Assembly (NCBI GenBank): GCA_964503235.1
Contig: CAZCZJ010000003.1
Coordinates: 1-61,368, forward strand
Direction: 5' to 3'
From: an uncultured Dehalococcoidaceae bacterium
Lineage (GTDB): Bacteria; Chloroflexota; Dehalococcoidia; Dehalococcoidales; RBG-16-60-22
DNA length: 61,368 bases
Shown: positions 18,395 through 28,481 of the stretch, piece after piece
How positions within the stretch are numbered: the first letter of the stretch is position 1
Layout of the letters: every line of letters begins with the position of its first letter
Program-made: the position numbers and the translations under genes
Notes under the pieces: model-generated
The model's database searches: none
Seen by the model: only the letters and a program-made list of their open reading frames with translations
What the model was told of the DNA's origin: nothing

Positions 18395-19735
18395 ATGAGC
18401 AATATCAGTGTTATCGGAGCTGGATACGTCGGTCTATCAATAGCCGCCTGTTTTGCAGAACTGGGACACAAGATTACTCTATTAGAAATTAACTCCGATA
18501 AATTATCTGCTTTAAAAAACGGGATAATGCCCATCAGCGAACCGGGCTTAACCGAGATGTGGCAACGCAACAGGAAAGAAGGCAGGATTAACATTACCGG
18601 TCATTATGAAGATGGTTTATTGGATGCTGAATTTGCTTTCATCGCTGTTGGTACACCCGCCGCCAGTAATGGGAAAGCCGATTTGAAATGGGTAAGGCTG
18701 GCAGCAAAGAATATTGCCGAAGCAGCGAGTGGACCAATGGTTGTGGTGATTAAAAGCACCGTACCAATAGGCACAGCCGAAATCGTCGATAGAATTATCA
18801 CCTATAACGGCAGCAACGGTCATAGTCTTCCGGTAGTGTCTAATCCGGAATTTCTGAGGGAAGGTGCCGCGGTTTATGATTTCATGCACCCCACCCGGGT
18901 TGTTATCGGCTCGTCAAGCCCAGAGTCCATTGAAGCTGTAGCCAAGCTATATAAACCGCTTGATTCACCACTGGTTACCTGCGACAACAGGACAGCCGAA
19001 ATGTCAAAGTATGCCTGCAACGCGTTCCTCGCCACCAGGATTAGTTTTATGAACGAAATCGCTCTTCTCTGTGATGAGTACAGCGTCGATGTCGTCAAGG
19101 TGGCAAAAGTAATGGGATTAGACCCGCGTTTTGGCAGCGGGTATTTAAATGCCGGGCTGGGATGGGGAGGCAGCTGTCTACCCAAGGACCTTAAAGGGCT
19201 TATCCACATGGCAAAAAGCCGCGGATTCCCGGCACGTTTGCTTCGCGCCGTCCAGCAGATAAATCAACAGCAGGTTTATATAGTAATGAGGAAGCTTGAC
19301 CGGCTTTTGGGTTCTCTGGAAGGTAAAACCATTGGCATTCTGGGACTCTCTTTTAAACCGAACTCAGACGATATAAGGGATGCACGCTCACTAATGGTTA
19401 TTTCGCTGCTAGAAAACCAGGGGTGTCGCGTTAAAGCCTATGACCCGGACCCGGTAGCCATGCGGAATGCAGCTAAACTCAAGCTTGACGTTATCTATTG
19501 TGCCGACGCTTATGATGTCGCCAAAGACAGTGACGCATTAGTACTCGTTACCGAGTGGGACGAATTCAAAGAGCTGGATATGCCCGCAATGGCTACGATG
19601 ATGAATCAGCCTATTATTATAGATGGTCGTAATCTTTATGACCCCGATGAAATGATTCAAGCTGGATTTCTCTATGAAGGAATCGGCCGTTGCAGCCAGT
19701 GTATGCAAGAAACCAGAATTGGCATCGTTCAATAA
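18395..19735 (+). CDS. ugd: UDP-glucose 6-dehydrogenase
   Basis: ISVIGAGYVGLS Rossmann motif and catalytic GGSCLPKD. I prefer ATG 18395 (GGGAG about 11 nt upstream) over the GTG at 18356 given in the track. Confidence 0.85.
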   Translation: MSNISVIGAGYVGLSIAACFAELGHKITLLEINSDKLSALKNGIMPISEPGLTEMWQRNRKEGRINITGHYEDGLLDAEFAFIAVGTPAASNGKADLKWVRLAAKNIAEAASGPMVVVIKSTVPIGTAEIVDRIITYNGSNGHSLPVVSNPEFLREGAAVYDFMHPTRVVIGSSSPESIEAVAKLYKPLDSPLVTCDNRTAEMSKYACNAFLATRISFMNEIALLCDEYSVDVVKVAKVMGLDPRFGSGYLNAGLGWGGSCLPKDLKGLIHMAKSRGFPARLLRAVQQINQQQVYIVMRKLDRLLGSLEGKTIGILGLSFKPNSDDIRDARSLMVISLLENQGCRVKAYDPDPVAMRNAAKLKLDVIYCADAYDVAKDSDALVLVTEWDEFKELDMPAMATMMNQPIIIDGRNLYDPDEMIQAGFLYEGIGRCSQCMQETRIGIVQ

Positions 19736-19764
19736 ATGAAGTAGATAAAAATAAACGGATAAAG

Positions 19765-20526
19765 ATGGAATTGAGTCAGATTATGACTAGCAAACACGAA
19801 ACAGACAACAGAATAAAAACCTCAGATACACCAAAAGACGAGAACGTTCAACCTAGAGTTGTCGTTGCCAAGAAGAATAGCGGACGTCGTATTTTTAGAT
19901 ATCAATGGTGGAAAGGACTGATTGATTTCCTGTCTGCTTTTATCGCTCTAGTAATTCTAACGCCCTTGATGCTTCTGATTGCTATCGCGATAAAGATAGA
20001 TTCACGCGGTGAGATTATCTACCGTCGGGAGCAGGTGGGAAAAAACGGTCGTAGATTTACGGGCTATAAATTCCGTACCATGAGGGCTGACAACGATGAC
20101 AGTGAATATAAAGAGTACCTGGTGAAATATATACTGGAAAATGCACCGTACAAGGTAGACCATAACGGTCAGCTGGTATATAAGGTTACCGGTGATCCCA
20201 GGGTCACCAGATTCGGCGCTATGCTTCGCAAGACAAATCTGGACGAACTCCCCCAGCTTATTAATATACTTAAGGGTGAAATGTCCATTGTCGGTCCGCG
20301 CCCGGATATTCCGTTTGCGGTAAATATGTATGATAAACGGCACCGGCAGAGACTGCTGGTTAAACCAGGTATCACCGGCTTATGGCAGGTGTGTTGTCGT
20401 AAAGGCCTCTCTTTCGAAGAAATGGTACGCCTGGATATTGAATATATAAATGGACAATCGCTTTTACGGGATGCCAAGATTTTTATATTAACTATCGGCA
20501 CCATTCTCAGAGGCGACGGTAGTTAA
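19765..20526 (+). CDS. polyprenyl-phosphate sugar phosphotransferase (initiating phosphoglycosyl transferase, WbaP/PglC family)
   Basis: WKGLIDFLSAFIALVILTPLMLLIAIAIKIDSRG, FRTMR, DPRVTRFGAMLRKTNLDELPQLINILKGEMSIVGPRP. The internal ATG 19765 was chosen to avoid overlap with ugd. Confidence 0.85.
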   Translation: MELSQIMTSKHETDNRIKTSDTPKDENVQPRVVVAKKNSGRRIFRYQWWKGLIDFLSAFIALVILTPLMLLIAIAIKIDSRGEIIYRREQVGKNGRRFTGYKFRTMRADNDDSEYKEYLVKYILENAPYKVDHNGQLVYKVTGDPRVTRFGAMLRKTNLDELPQLINILKGEMSIVGPRPDIPFAVNMYDKRHRQRLLVKPGITGLWQVCCRKGLSFEEMVRLDIEYINGQSLLRDAKIFILTIGTILRGDGS

Positions 20527-20549
20527 TTGACAAATAAAGGGGGTAGTAA

Positions 20550-21605
20550 ATGATAAATATCGGTGTTGTAGGTTGTGGCTACTGGGGACCAAAACACATA
20601 AGGGTCTGCCACGAACTAAGAGATGTAGCACTTACTTCAGTGTGCGACATTGATGAAAACCGACTCCAACCGGTTCAGAGTCAGTATCCGACTGTTCACT
20701 CTACTACAGACTACAAAGAATTTCTTAAAACCAACCTGGATGCTGTAATTATAGCCACACCCGTTAATACACATTATCAACTGGCCAAGGAAGCGCTTCT
20801 GAGTGACAAACATGTTCTAATAGAGAAGCCAATAACTGCCACCAGCCAGGAAGCGTTGGAGCTTATAAATCTGGCCGACAAGCATAATCTGGTGCTTATG
20901 GCAGGACACACTTATGAATATCATCCCGCCGTGGACTTCCTGAGAGAAATGGTCAATAATGGCGACCTGGGAGATATTTATAGCATCGATGCCGCCCGCC
21001 TCAATCTCGGCCTGTTCCGGACGGATGTGAACGTTCTCTGGGACCTGGCACCGCATGATATCAGTATTATTTTATCAATACTCAAAGAGAATCCCATCGC
21101 GGTGAGCGCCCGTGGTACGCACCACATAGACCCCAATACGTATGATATTGCCTACCTCGAAATTATGTTTCCCAGCGGGGCTATGGGGCATGTCCACGTG
21201 AGCTGGCTTCATCCGCGGAAAATCAGACAGACTACTATCGTCGGCAGTAAGAAAATGGCAGTCTACGATGACGTTTCGGAAACGGAAAAAATACATATTT
21301 ATGATAAAGGAGTGGCTACTCCCAAGGAATACAACGGAAACAGTAACGGAGGTACCAATGGTAAATTCTCCGCCTGGCCACCCAATTATCGCTACGGTGA
21401 CGTTGTCATACCTTTTGTTTCTAATGCCGAACCTCTTAAGCTTGAAAGCAGTCATTTCGTTAGCTGTATCGTCGAAGGGAAAAAACCAAGGAGCGATGGA
21501 TGGGTAGGACTTAAAGTCACCAGCATTCTGGAAGCATCCGAAAAGTCTCTGGCAAATGGAGGGCAACGGGTGAAACTGGACCTAGCGGCTATGGCGATTA
21601 CCTAG
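20550..21605 (+). CDS. Gfo/Idh/MocA-family oxidoreductase (WbpB-like sugar-nucleotide 3-dehydrogenase)
   Basis: N-terminal INIGVVGCGYWG Rossmann motif and EKP motif (LIEKPIT). Its position directly ahead of the acetyltransferase and aminotransferase genes supports the call. Confidence 0.8.
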   Translation: MINIGVVGCGYWGPKHIRVCHELRDVALTSVCDIDENRLQPVQSQYPTVHSTTDYKEFLKTNLDAVIIATPVNTHYQLAKEALLSDKHVLIEKPITATSQEALELINLADKHNLVLMAGHTYEYHPAVDFLREMVNNGDLGDIYSIDAARLNLGLFRTDVNVLWDLAPHDISIILSILKENPIAVSARGTHHIDPNTYDIAYLEIMFPSGAMGHVHVSWLHPRKIRQTTIVGSKKMAVYDDVSETEKIHIYDKGVATPKEYNGNSNGGTNGKFSAWPPNYRYGDVVIPFVSNAEPLKLESSHFVSCIVEGKKPRSDGWVGLKVTSILEASEKSLANGGQRVKLDLAAMAIT

Positions 21606-21638
21606 AAACCACAGCTGCAAATAAACAAGGAGAAACTA

Positions 21639-22307
21639 ATGAGAGACGAGATGCAGTCCACAAGTGGAATAGAAGTTAACAACCAGATGGTTAGACTCGG
21701 GGAGAAATCTGTCATTGATGATGGTGTGGTGTTGGGATATTTACCGGTAAGAGGCGGGCATATCGTTTTAACCATCGGTTCCGGGGCTCGCATACGTCAG
21801 GGCACCATTATCTACGGAGGCAGCCGCATAGGATTCAACCTGGAGACTGGTCACTATGTCATTATCAGAGAGGAAAACGACATTGGCGATAACTTTCGCA
21901 TCTGGAATAACTCCGTTATAGATTACGGCTGTCACATCGCCAATGATGTGAAAATTCATAACAAAGTGTATGTAGCCCAATTTTCTACTATTGAAGATGA
22001 TGTTTTCCTGGCTCCCGGGGTAACTCTGGCGAATGATCTGCATCCGGGTTGTCCACATTCTCACGAATGCATGCGAGGTCCTTATATCAAGAAAGGCGCC
22101 CAGATAGGCATTAATTGTACCATTCTCCCGCGGGTGGTAATCGGGGAGCACGCTGTTATCGGTGCCGGAAGCGTGGTCACCAAAGATATCCCTGACGGCA
22201 CCGTTGCGTACGGTAATCCTGCCCAGGTGAAAGGTGATATTGATAGTCTCACCTGCAGCACCGGTCTTGGAGATAAGCCTTACAGTCATCTTACACGGAG
22301 GGTTTAA
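21639..22307 (+). CDS. hexapeptide-repeat (left-handed beta-helix) N-acetyltransferase, WbpD/WlbB-like
   Basis: Imperfect hexapeptide repeats run throughout (IGDNFRIWNNSVIDYGCHIANDVKIHNKVYV..IGEHAVIGAGSVV). Confidence 0.8.
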   Translation: MRDEMQSTSGIEVNNQMVRLGEKSVIDDGVVLGYLPVRGGHIVLTIGSGARIRQGTIIYGGSRIGFNLETGHYVIIREENDIGDNFRIWNNSVIDYGCHIANDVKIHNKVYVAQFSTIEDDVFLAPGVTLANDLHPGCPHSHECMRGPYIKKGAQIGINCTILPRVVIGEHAVIGAGSVVTKDIPDGTVAYGNPAQVKGDIDSLTCSTGLGDKPYSHLTRRV

Positions 22308-23431
22308 TGCGTATCCCGTTAGTAGATTTAAAAAATCAGTATCAAAATATTAAAGAAGACGTGCTATCCGAAATAAGCCAGGCTCTGGATAGTATGCAGT
22401 TATTTTTAGGTAAGAACGTCCAGGCGCTGGAGTCTGATTTTGCAGGTTATTGCGGCACCGAGTTCGCTATCGGGGTGAGTTCGGGAACCGATGCCCTGCA
22501 TATAGCGCTTCGCGCCTGCGGGATTGGCCCGGGGGATGAAGTTATCACTGTTTCACATACCTTTATTGCTACCGTTGAAGCCATCATCCTGGCGGGTGCC
22601 AAGCCAGTACTCATCGATATCGATCCCGAGACCTACAATATGGACACTTCGCAGGTTGAAAAAGCTATTACAAGTAAAACCAAAGCTATCATCCCGGTAC
22701 ACATATACGGATATCCGGCTGATATGGACCCGATAATCGAGATAGCACGGAATCACGATTTGAAAATTATTGAAGATGCCTGTCAGGCGCACGGGGCTGA
22801 ATACAAAGGCCGTCGGGTCGGATCATTAGGTGATATCGGCTGCTTTAGTTTCTACTTTACCAAGAATCTTGGAGCCTATGGTGAGGGGGGTATAATCACC
22901 ACTTCCGATCCTGATATAGCCCGGCGATGCCGGATGCTGCGGGATCACGGGCAGAATGAAAAGTATCATCACGCCTTAATCGGCATCAACGGAAGGCTTG
23001 ATGAATTGCAGGCGGCTGTACTGAGAATAAAACTACCACACCTCGAAAATTGGATTGAAAAAAGGCGAGTCCTGGCACAGGCTTACAATGAAGGACTACC
23101 AGAATCACTGATAAAACCACAAGATATGCCTTGGGCAAAGCATGTATACCATTTGTACGTAGTCAGGACACCGGAGCGAGACCAACTTCGTGAATGGCTT
23201 GAAAGCAAAGATGTCGGTGCCGGTATGCATTACCCCATCCCGGTTCATTTACAGGAAGCCTGGCGTGCTTGCGGAGGAGGTGAATTATCCTTACCCGTGA
23301 CGGAGAAAATAACCAAAGAGATAATATCGTTACCTATGTATCCTGAGTTGACTTTAGAAGAAGCTGGTATTATTTGCTCCTATGTTCGGGAGTTTATTGA
23401 TTCAAAGCTGGGAATAAAGGCAGAACGATAG
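22307..23431 (+). CDS. DegT/DnrJ/EryC1/StrS-family PLP aminotransferase (WbpE-like)
   Basis: Typical family pattern: GVSSGTDALHIAL, IIPVHIYGYPADMD, FSFYFTKNLGAYGEGG. The start overlaps the previous stop (TAATG). Confidence 0.9.
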   Translation: MRIPLVDLKNQYQNIKEDVLSEISQALDSMQLFLGKNVQALESDFAGYCGTEFAIGVSSGTDALHIALRACGIGPGDEVITVSHTFIATVEAIILAGAKPVLIDIDPETYNMDTSQVEKAITSKTKAIIPVHIYGYPADMDPIIEIARNHDLKIIEDACQAHGAEYKGRRVGSLGDIGCFSFYFTKNLGAYGEGGIITTSDPDIARRCRMLRDHGQNEKYHHALIGINGRLDELQAAVLRIKLPHLENWIEKRRVLAQAYNEGLPESLIKPQDMPWAKHVYHLYVVRTPERDQLREWLESKDVGAGMHYPIPVHLQEAWRACGGGELSLPVTEKITKEIISLPMYPELTLEEAGIICSYVREFIDSKLGIKAER

Positions 23432-23616
23432 CTATTATGAGTTAATGCTGGCCAATGCCAGTATGAAGAATTAAAATTAAAATGATGATATAATATAGAA
23501 CGAACCAGCTATCTTACAGGGAATATCAGGAGGTAATTGATATTAACACCAAAGATGAACTACCGAAGAACCAGGTAGCTGAGAAAGAGGACCAGGCTAC
23601 TAAAAAGAAGTTAGCC

Positions 23617-25239
23617 ATGGTTCCTATCCTGAGCCGACGTTCGATTGTAATACTCGTTGTTGGTTTAGTGGTTGGGTTATTGATCGCGTTTGGTTATTGG
23701 CTTGTCAGTCCTGCTTTTATTTCTACCGATGACGAAACCGGGGTGGGGGGGGCGGATTCAACCGGCACAGGCACAGGATTGCTGGGATTTTTGGGAATAG
23801 AAACCGGCGGTCCCTACCGGAGCACCGTCAGCATTCAAATCGTGAACCCCGGCTCTACTTATTTATCTCTATCTTTCCTACAGCAGTTAGGTGAGTATTA
23901 CGCTGCTAAAGAAAACACCCTGCCGTTCTATGAATTCCTTAGCCAGGAACTGGAAAAATATCCTCTTGAGACTGCATATACTATTGATGAATTGAGAACA
24001 ATTATCAAGACGGAATATGATTTAACAAGCGAGCTTCCCTCTATTAAAGTTAGTGCAACCGCTGATACCGAGGAAGAAGCTGCGTTTTTCGCGGAACTGG
24101 CTCCCCAAGCTTTCCTTGATTATCTAATTGCCGAAGAAAAAGAGAAGCGAGACAAAGAATATAACAATACCTTAGAGGAATTAGAGACAGTTAAAGAAGC
24201 ACTTTACGAAGCCCAGCAGGAATTAAATACTCTCAAATCGCCGGATATCCTCGATAACCCAAGTTATATATCACTAAGCGCCAAGGTAAACGCACTGCAG
24301 CAAGAATTTGATAGCCAACTAAGTTTGCTAACGCTGGAATATTATGGAGATACGGACATCAAGGATGAGTATGAAAATACCCTGCAGGAAATTGATAATA
24401 TTGTCGCTGAACTTATTAAAGCCGAACAAGACTTGCGGGCTGCTAGCGGACAGGATTCCAGCAACCTGTCAGACAATGCAAATATATTATTGTTAGAGAG
24501 TAAAATCAGAGGTTTGAAGAGCCAGCTGGACCTTCTAATAAGCGGTGATGGAGAAACGATCGGTTTGAGTCAATATATTTCGAATGGTATCAGTTCAGGT
24601 ACCGCGTATGATAATCTCGTGGCCCAGATAGAAATAACGGCTGAATCCCTTGCCGAGGCTAAACAAGAATATGATGAACTCGTTAATTCATCGGTTCAAC
24701 AATCCACGGTAATTAGCTTAGAACAACGAATAGCGCAGATAAAGGTAGATACTCTGAGTGCCGAATTGACAGCCTTGCAGGAAAAGCTTGCTACGCTTTA
24801 CAAGTATATTATCGATCTCAATAACGAAGACGGAAGCGCCGAATCGAGATTTAATACAATCTCACTCGCTCTCAACGATGCTAAAAAAGAACTTGAAACA
24901 CTTGAAAAACAATTGGGATATGATCGACTTTACGCTGATATGGAGTTAATGATAGCTGAGGATAGAGTCAGTAATTATAACGACAGGATAGCCGACCTGA
25001 ATGAACAGCTCGGGTCTTTATTAAGCAACAATGTTGAATCATTAGAAACCGGATATCTCGTCGTAGGTAACCCCTCTATTCCCTTTGTCGTGCTCCCGGA
25101 ACGATCCACGGCAAGTACCACTTTATTAATGGGCGCTATCGCCGGGGTGATTGTCGCCTGGATAGCGATGAACTCCAGGTGGTTTATCAACGTGGTATTT
25201 AAATCTGGCTCGGCTAAACCGGAAGATGATGAGGACTAA
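23617..25239 (+). CDS. Wzz-like polysaccharide co-polymerase / chain-length determinant, without a kinase domain
   Basis: N-terminal TM (IVILVVGLVVGLLIAFGYWLV), a ~430-aa coiled-coil-rich periplasmic-type region, and a C-terminal TM (LLMGAIAGVIVAWIAM). The start is uncertain; see noticed_but_rejected. Confidence 0.65.
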   Translation: MVPILSRRSIVILVVGLVVGLLIAFGYWLVSPAFISTDDETGVGGADSTGTGTGLLGFLGIETGGPYRSTVSIQIVNPGSTYLSLSFLQQLGEYYAAKENTLPFYEFLSQELEKYPLETAYTIDELRTIIKTEYDLTSELPSIKVSATADTEEEAAFFAELAPQAFLDYLIAEEKEKRDKEYNNTLEELETVKEALYEAQQELNTLKSPDILDNPSYISLSAKVNALQQEFDSQLSLLTLEYYGDTDIKDEYENTLQEIDNIVAELIKAEQDLRAASGQDSSNLSDNANILLLESKIRGLKSQLDLLISGDGETIGLSQYISNGISSGTAYDNLVAQIEITAESLAEAKQEYDELVNSSVQQSTVISLEQRIAQIKVDTLSAELTALQEKLATLYKYIIDLNNEDGSAESRFNTISLALNDAKKELETLEKQLGYDRLYADMELMIAEDRVSNYNDRIADLNEQLGSLLSNNVESLETGYLVVGNPSIPFVVLPERSTASTTLLMGAIAGVIVAWIAMNSRWFINVVFKSGSAKPEDDED

Positions 25240-25399
25240 TTACTGTCAATAGTTAAGACTCAAAGCACCAAGCATTAGTGACCTGCTCCCAATAGTAATA
25301 CCACTCTTTAGGTCGTTGTCACAGCCAGAGAAATCCCTTTTTCCTGTAGTAGCTGATTTTACGTACTTGGTGAATAATAAATAATATCATATTAGTACT

Positions 25400-26617
25400 T
25401 CATTTCCATCTACTCAAGAATTTGCCGGCATTCAGGCACAGGGCTGCTCCGAATACCAGCGGTATCCAGGCTATAGTCCTTAGCCACACGAATCTTTTAT
25501 CTTCACCACGGTACTTAGCCAGAACGGCGATGGACTGATCTGTTCGACTCATCATCAAGCTGCGAACCAGAGTTAAAGTCTCATATCTGAGCTTACTCCA
25601 CTTAACCGGTGAACACAGAGTTCTATTATTCATCAAGAGATTGACTAACCTGCGTTTCCATACAGCTGGCTTCAACGCCTCCATAGCTAATACCGGCACC
25701 CGAGCTCCGAGAAGCTCCCGAGCCCATTTTAAAGAATAGTAAGTAGTCGGTATTATTCCCCAGGAACCGGCCGACTCTATAATGAGGTCCCAGTTTAAAG
25801 TGTCTTGATTTATTTTTAGAAATTCGGTGATGTCGCCCAGATATTTAAGTTGTTGTCCGTCTTGCGCTAGCAGATTATTGGCTACATATAAAAGGGTGTC
25901 TTCAGGCGAGAGTACCGTAGCAGCACCCCCTTGAAATTCTTGGATTCGAGCACGGCGCCATATATCAGATTGGGGAACATTGATAAGCTTGGGGTCATTC
26001 AAATCCCAGTGGAGTTCGATCATCAGGGGAAATCGGTTTTTTTTATAAAATACACGATGAAAAGGATGTGATACTTCTGCCGGTAGGGCTGATGGCGTAT
26101 AACCCATTTCTAGGATCAGAGACGCAGCCTCAAGTATATTCTCATCTGACACTAAAATATCTATATCGGTGGTGGTACGTAATATAGGATTGACATAGAG
26201 TTGTTCGGCGAGGACGATACCTTTGAGCGTAATCACCTCGATTCCATGCCGGCGGAAAGCGGACAGGACTTTACCGAGTTCGTCAGATAGAAACATGTTG
26301 CGATAAATATTATTCTGGTAAATCCGTCCCAGTCTTTCCGAGTAGGGTACGGGTACGTAGCTTTTAAATTCGTCTTGGGCCAGATTATGCGCCAGCAGTG
26401 GGGTAACACCGTGATATTCAGCCAGATAAAGTAGATATTCCCAGTCAACAGTGCCCGCCAGAGCCTGAGCCAGCCGCTCCCTGTTTTTTAAATCAACCTC
26501 GGCTCTAACGCCGAGAAGCAGGATTTCTCTAGCCGCCCGTTTACCCGCCGGTGATGATTTGGGCTTAGCCACTTTCTCGGGTATGGTTCGATTTTTCGTA
26601 CCAGCTGTATTAAGCAT
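25400..26617 (-). CDS. nucleotidyltransferase-family protein (PF14907-like, uncharacterised NTase)
   Basis: 405-aa ORF with the pol-beta-type pattern RTTTDIDILV followed by ..IELHWDL, as I remember it for this family. Confidence 0.6.
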   Translation of the reverse strand: MLNTAGTKNRTIPEKVAKPKSSPAGKRAAREILLLGVRAEVDLKNRERLAQALAGTVDWEYLLYLAEYHGVTPLLAHNLAQDEFKSYVPVPYSERLGRIYQNNIYRNMFLSDELGKVLSAFRRHGIEVITLKGIVLAEQLYVNPILRTTTDIDILVSDENILEAASLILEMGYTPSALPAEVSHPFHRVFYKKNRFPLMIELHWDLNDPKLINVPQSDIWRRARIQEFQGGAATVLSPEDTLLYVANNLLAQDGQQLKYLGDITEFLKINQDTLNWDLIIESAGSWGIIPTTYYSLKWARELLGARVPVLAMEALKPAVWKRRLVNLLMNNRTLCSPVKWSKLRYETLTLVRSLMMSRTDQSIAVLAKYRGEDKRFVWLRTIAWIPLVFGAALCLNAGKFLSRWK

Positions 26618-26637
26618 ATTCTTTCACGAATATATAG

Positions 26638-27441
26638 TTAATATTGTATCAGGCTTCCTTCCATCTTAGCTTTTTTCAGAGCTCTCCTGAAAACGAGGAA
26701 TGATAAGGGTGTCAGAACGAGGGTAAAACCCAGAAGTATAAATATGTCATACCGGAGTTCGTATATCGATTGACCCTGGAGCATGGCCAGTCTCATAGAA
26801 TCTAAAGCGTATGTTAGAGGTAAGACCTTGGAGAGCGGTTGCAGCCAGTCGGGCAGCACGGCTACCGGATAGAACACGCCCGCCAGCAGACTGGATGCGC
26901 CGTTGAGTATTATCGCCACCGGGTCGCCCTTCTTTACAATGAGCACCAGCGCTGCCGAAAGCACACCGAAGCCGGTGAAACTGGCTATCGACAGAATCAT
27001 TATCAGCAATGCCCCACCGACATTGGCTCCACCCAGGTCGGCCCCGAAGACAAATGCCCCGACGACCAGATAAAGGGCCACACGAAATATCGTCAGCAGG
27101 TATCCCCACAGTGATGAAGAAATAAGGATGGCACTGAGACGGGTGGGACTGAGGAGCATTATTTCCAGGGTACCCATGACCTGGCCCTCGCGGATGCTTG
27201 CCGCGAAGCTGGAAAGAGATAGTCCTAAAAACCCGGTGAAAGCCAGCCCGATAAGGACGAAAGAGAAGTAGTTGCCACCATATACCTCCAGCTGCGGGGC
27301 TATAGACCCGCCGAAAAGTTCGGATAGGAAATAGAATATAGCCACACTGAAGAAGACACCGCCGATTTGCAACATGAAAGAGAAGCGGTAGCTTATTGCC
27401 TGTGAAAAATCACGCTTGATAAAGGCAGCCGCAACAGACAT
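26638..27441 (-). CDS. ABC-2 type exporter permease (Wzm/TagG-like)
   Basis: 267-aa ORF with 6 TM. Its ATG overlaps the stop of the ATPase gene at 27441. Confidence 0.8.
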   Translation of the reverse strand: MSVAAAFIKRDFSQAISYRFSFMLQIGGVFFSVAIFYFLSELFGGSIAPQLEVYGGNYFSFVLIGLAFTGFLGLSLSSFAASIREGQVMGTLEIMLLSPTRLSAILISSSLWGYLLTIFRVALYLVVGAFVFGADLGGANVGGALLIMILSIASFTGFGVLSAALVLIVKKGDPVAIILNGASSLLAGVFYPVAVLPDWLQPLSKVLPLTYALDSMRLAMLQGQSIYELRYDIFILLGFTLVLTPLSFLVFRRALKKAKMEGSLIQY

Positions 27442-28481
27442 CAGCTATTCTCCTTATCCGTTTCGGTATGCAAGGCGTGCAGGAATATCTCTTCAAGCGG
27501 CAGCGGGTCCAGCTGGCAGTCCATTATTTCGGCGCCGCTGTTTACCGCTACTTTCATGATATGGGGTAATACCGCCGCACGATTTGAAATCATCAATTTC
27601 AGTTTGACCACACCGTCGCGTCTTTCGGTCAGGTTGCAATCAATTACGCCATCAATAGCCCTGAGTTGCGGCAGGATTGTCTCGGAGTAATTCCCAACCT
27701 GTAAAACACACTCCTCCTGAGTTTGAAATACAGAACGTAATTCACTCACCGTCCCCAGAGCCTTGAGATGACCATGGTCCATAATCGCCAGTCGGTCGCA
27801 AAGTTGTTCGGCTTCATTCAGGTTATGCGTAGCCAGGACAACCGTTTTTCCCTCACCAGCTATCTTCTCCTTCAGGAAAAGACGTACCGCTTGAGCGCTG
27901 ACGGGGTCGAGACTCCGGGTAGGCTCATCGACGAATAAGAGACGGGGCTCGCTGAGCAGGCCCCTGGCTATGGCCAGTTTCTGACGCATCCCGGTAGAGT
28001 AATTTTGAAATCTGGTATCGCCCTCATCGGCCAGTCCAACGAGGTCCAGCAGTTCGTTGATACGGGCACCGACCTGCTTTTTCGGGATATGATACAGAGA
28101 AGCGTAGAACCGAAGGTTCTCGCGACCGGTAATACGCCAGAAAAAGCTCCTCTCCTCGGCGCTGACCAGTCCCACCGTTTCTTTTACCGATTGTTCTTCC
28201 TTGATGATATCATGTCCGAAGACCTGCGCCGTACCCGAGTTAGGTAGTACCAGGCAGCAGAGCATTTTTATCAGGGTGGTCTTGCCAGCGCCATTGGGTC
28301 CGAGCATACCGAAAAACTCCCCCTCCTTAATCTCCAGGCTGACGTCTTTCACCGCCTCGACCCATTCCCTGTGTCTGAAAGGCAGCAAATCGCGGTACCC
28401 GGAAGTACGGGGAAACCTTTTGGTAATATTGGTGATGCTGACAGCGGTACTCATACCACCCGCTTTCGTCCGATAATCCAC
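27441..28481 (-). CDS. ABC exporter ATP-binding protein
   Basis: Walker A GMLGPNGAGKTT, signature YSTGMRQKL, Walker B LLFVDEPTRSLD, plus a C-terminal extension. Confidence 0.9.
   Translation of the reverse strand: MDYRTKAGGMSTAVSITNITKRFPRTSGYRDLLPFRHREWVEAVKDVSLEIKEGEFFGMLGPNGAGKTTLIKMLCCLVLPNSGTAQVFGHDIIKEEQSVKETVGLVSAEERSFFWRITGRENLRFYASLYHIPKKQVGARINELLDLVGLADEGDTRFQNYSTGMRQKLAIARGLLSEPRLLFVDEPTRSLDPVSAQAVRLFLKEKIAGEGKTVVLATHNLNEAEQLCDRLAIMDHGHLKALGTVSELRSVFQTQEECVLQVGNYSETILPQLRAIDGVIDCNLTERRDGVVKLKLMISNRAAVLPHIMKVAVNSGAEIMDCQLDPLPLEEIFLHALHTETDKENS

Noticed and set aside
21075-22289. Minus-strand ORFs of 163 and 173 aa.
   Set aside because: They are antisense shadows of the oxidoreductase and hexapeptide acetyltransferase genes.
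23528-23617. A strong AGGAGG at 23528-23533 that suggests an earlier start for the Wzz-like gene.
   Set aside because: The in-frame stretch from 23494 to 23616 has no ATG, GTG or TTG, only ATT codons at 23536 and 23542. The TTG at 23537 opens a 13-codon out-of-frame ORF. I kept ATG 23617 and flag the start as uncertain.
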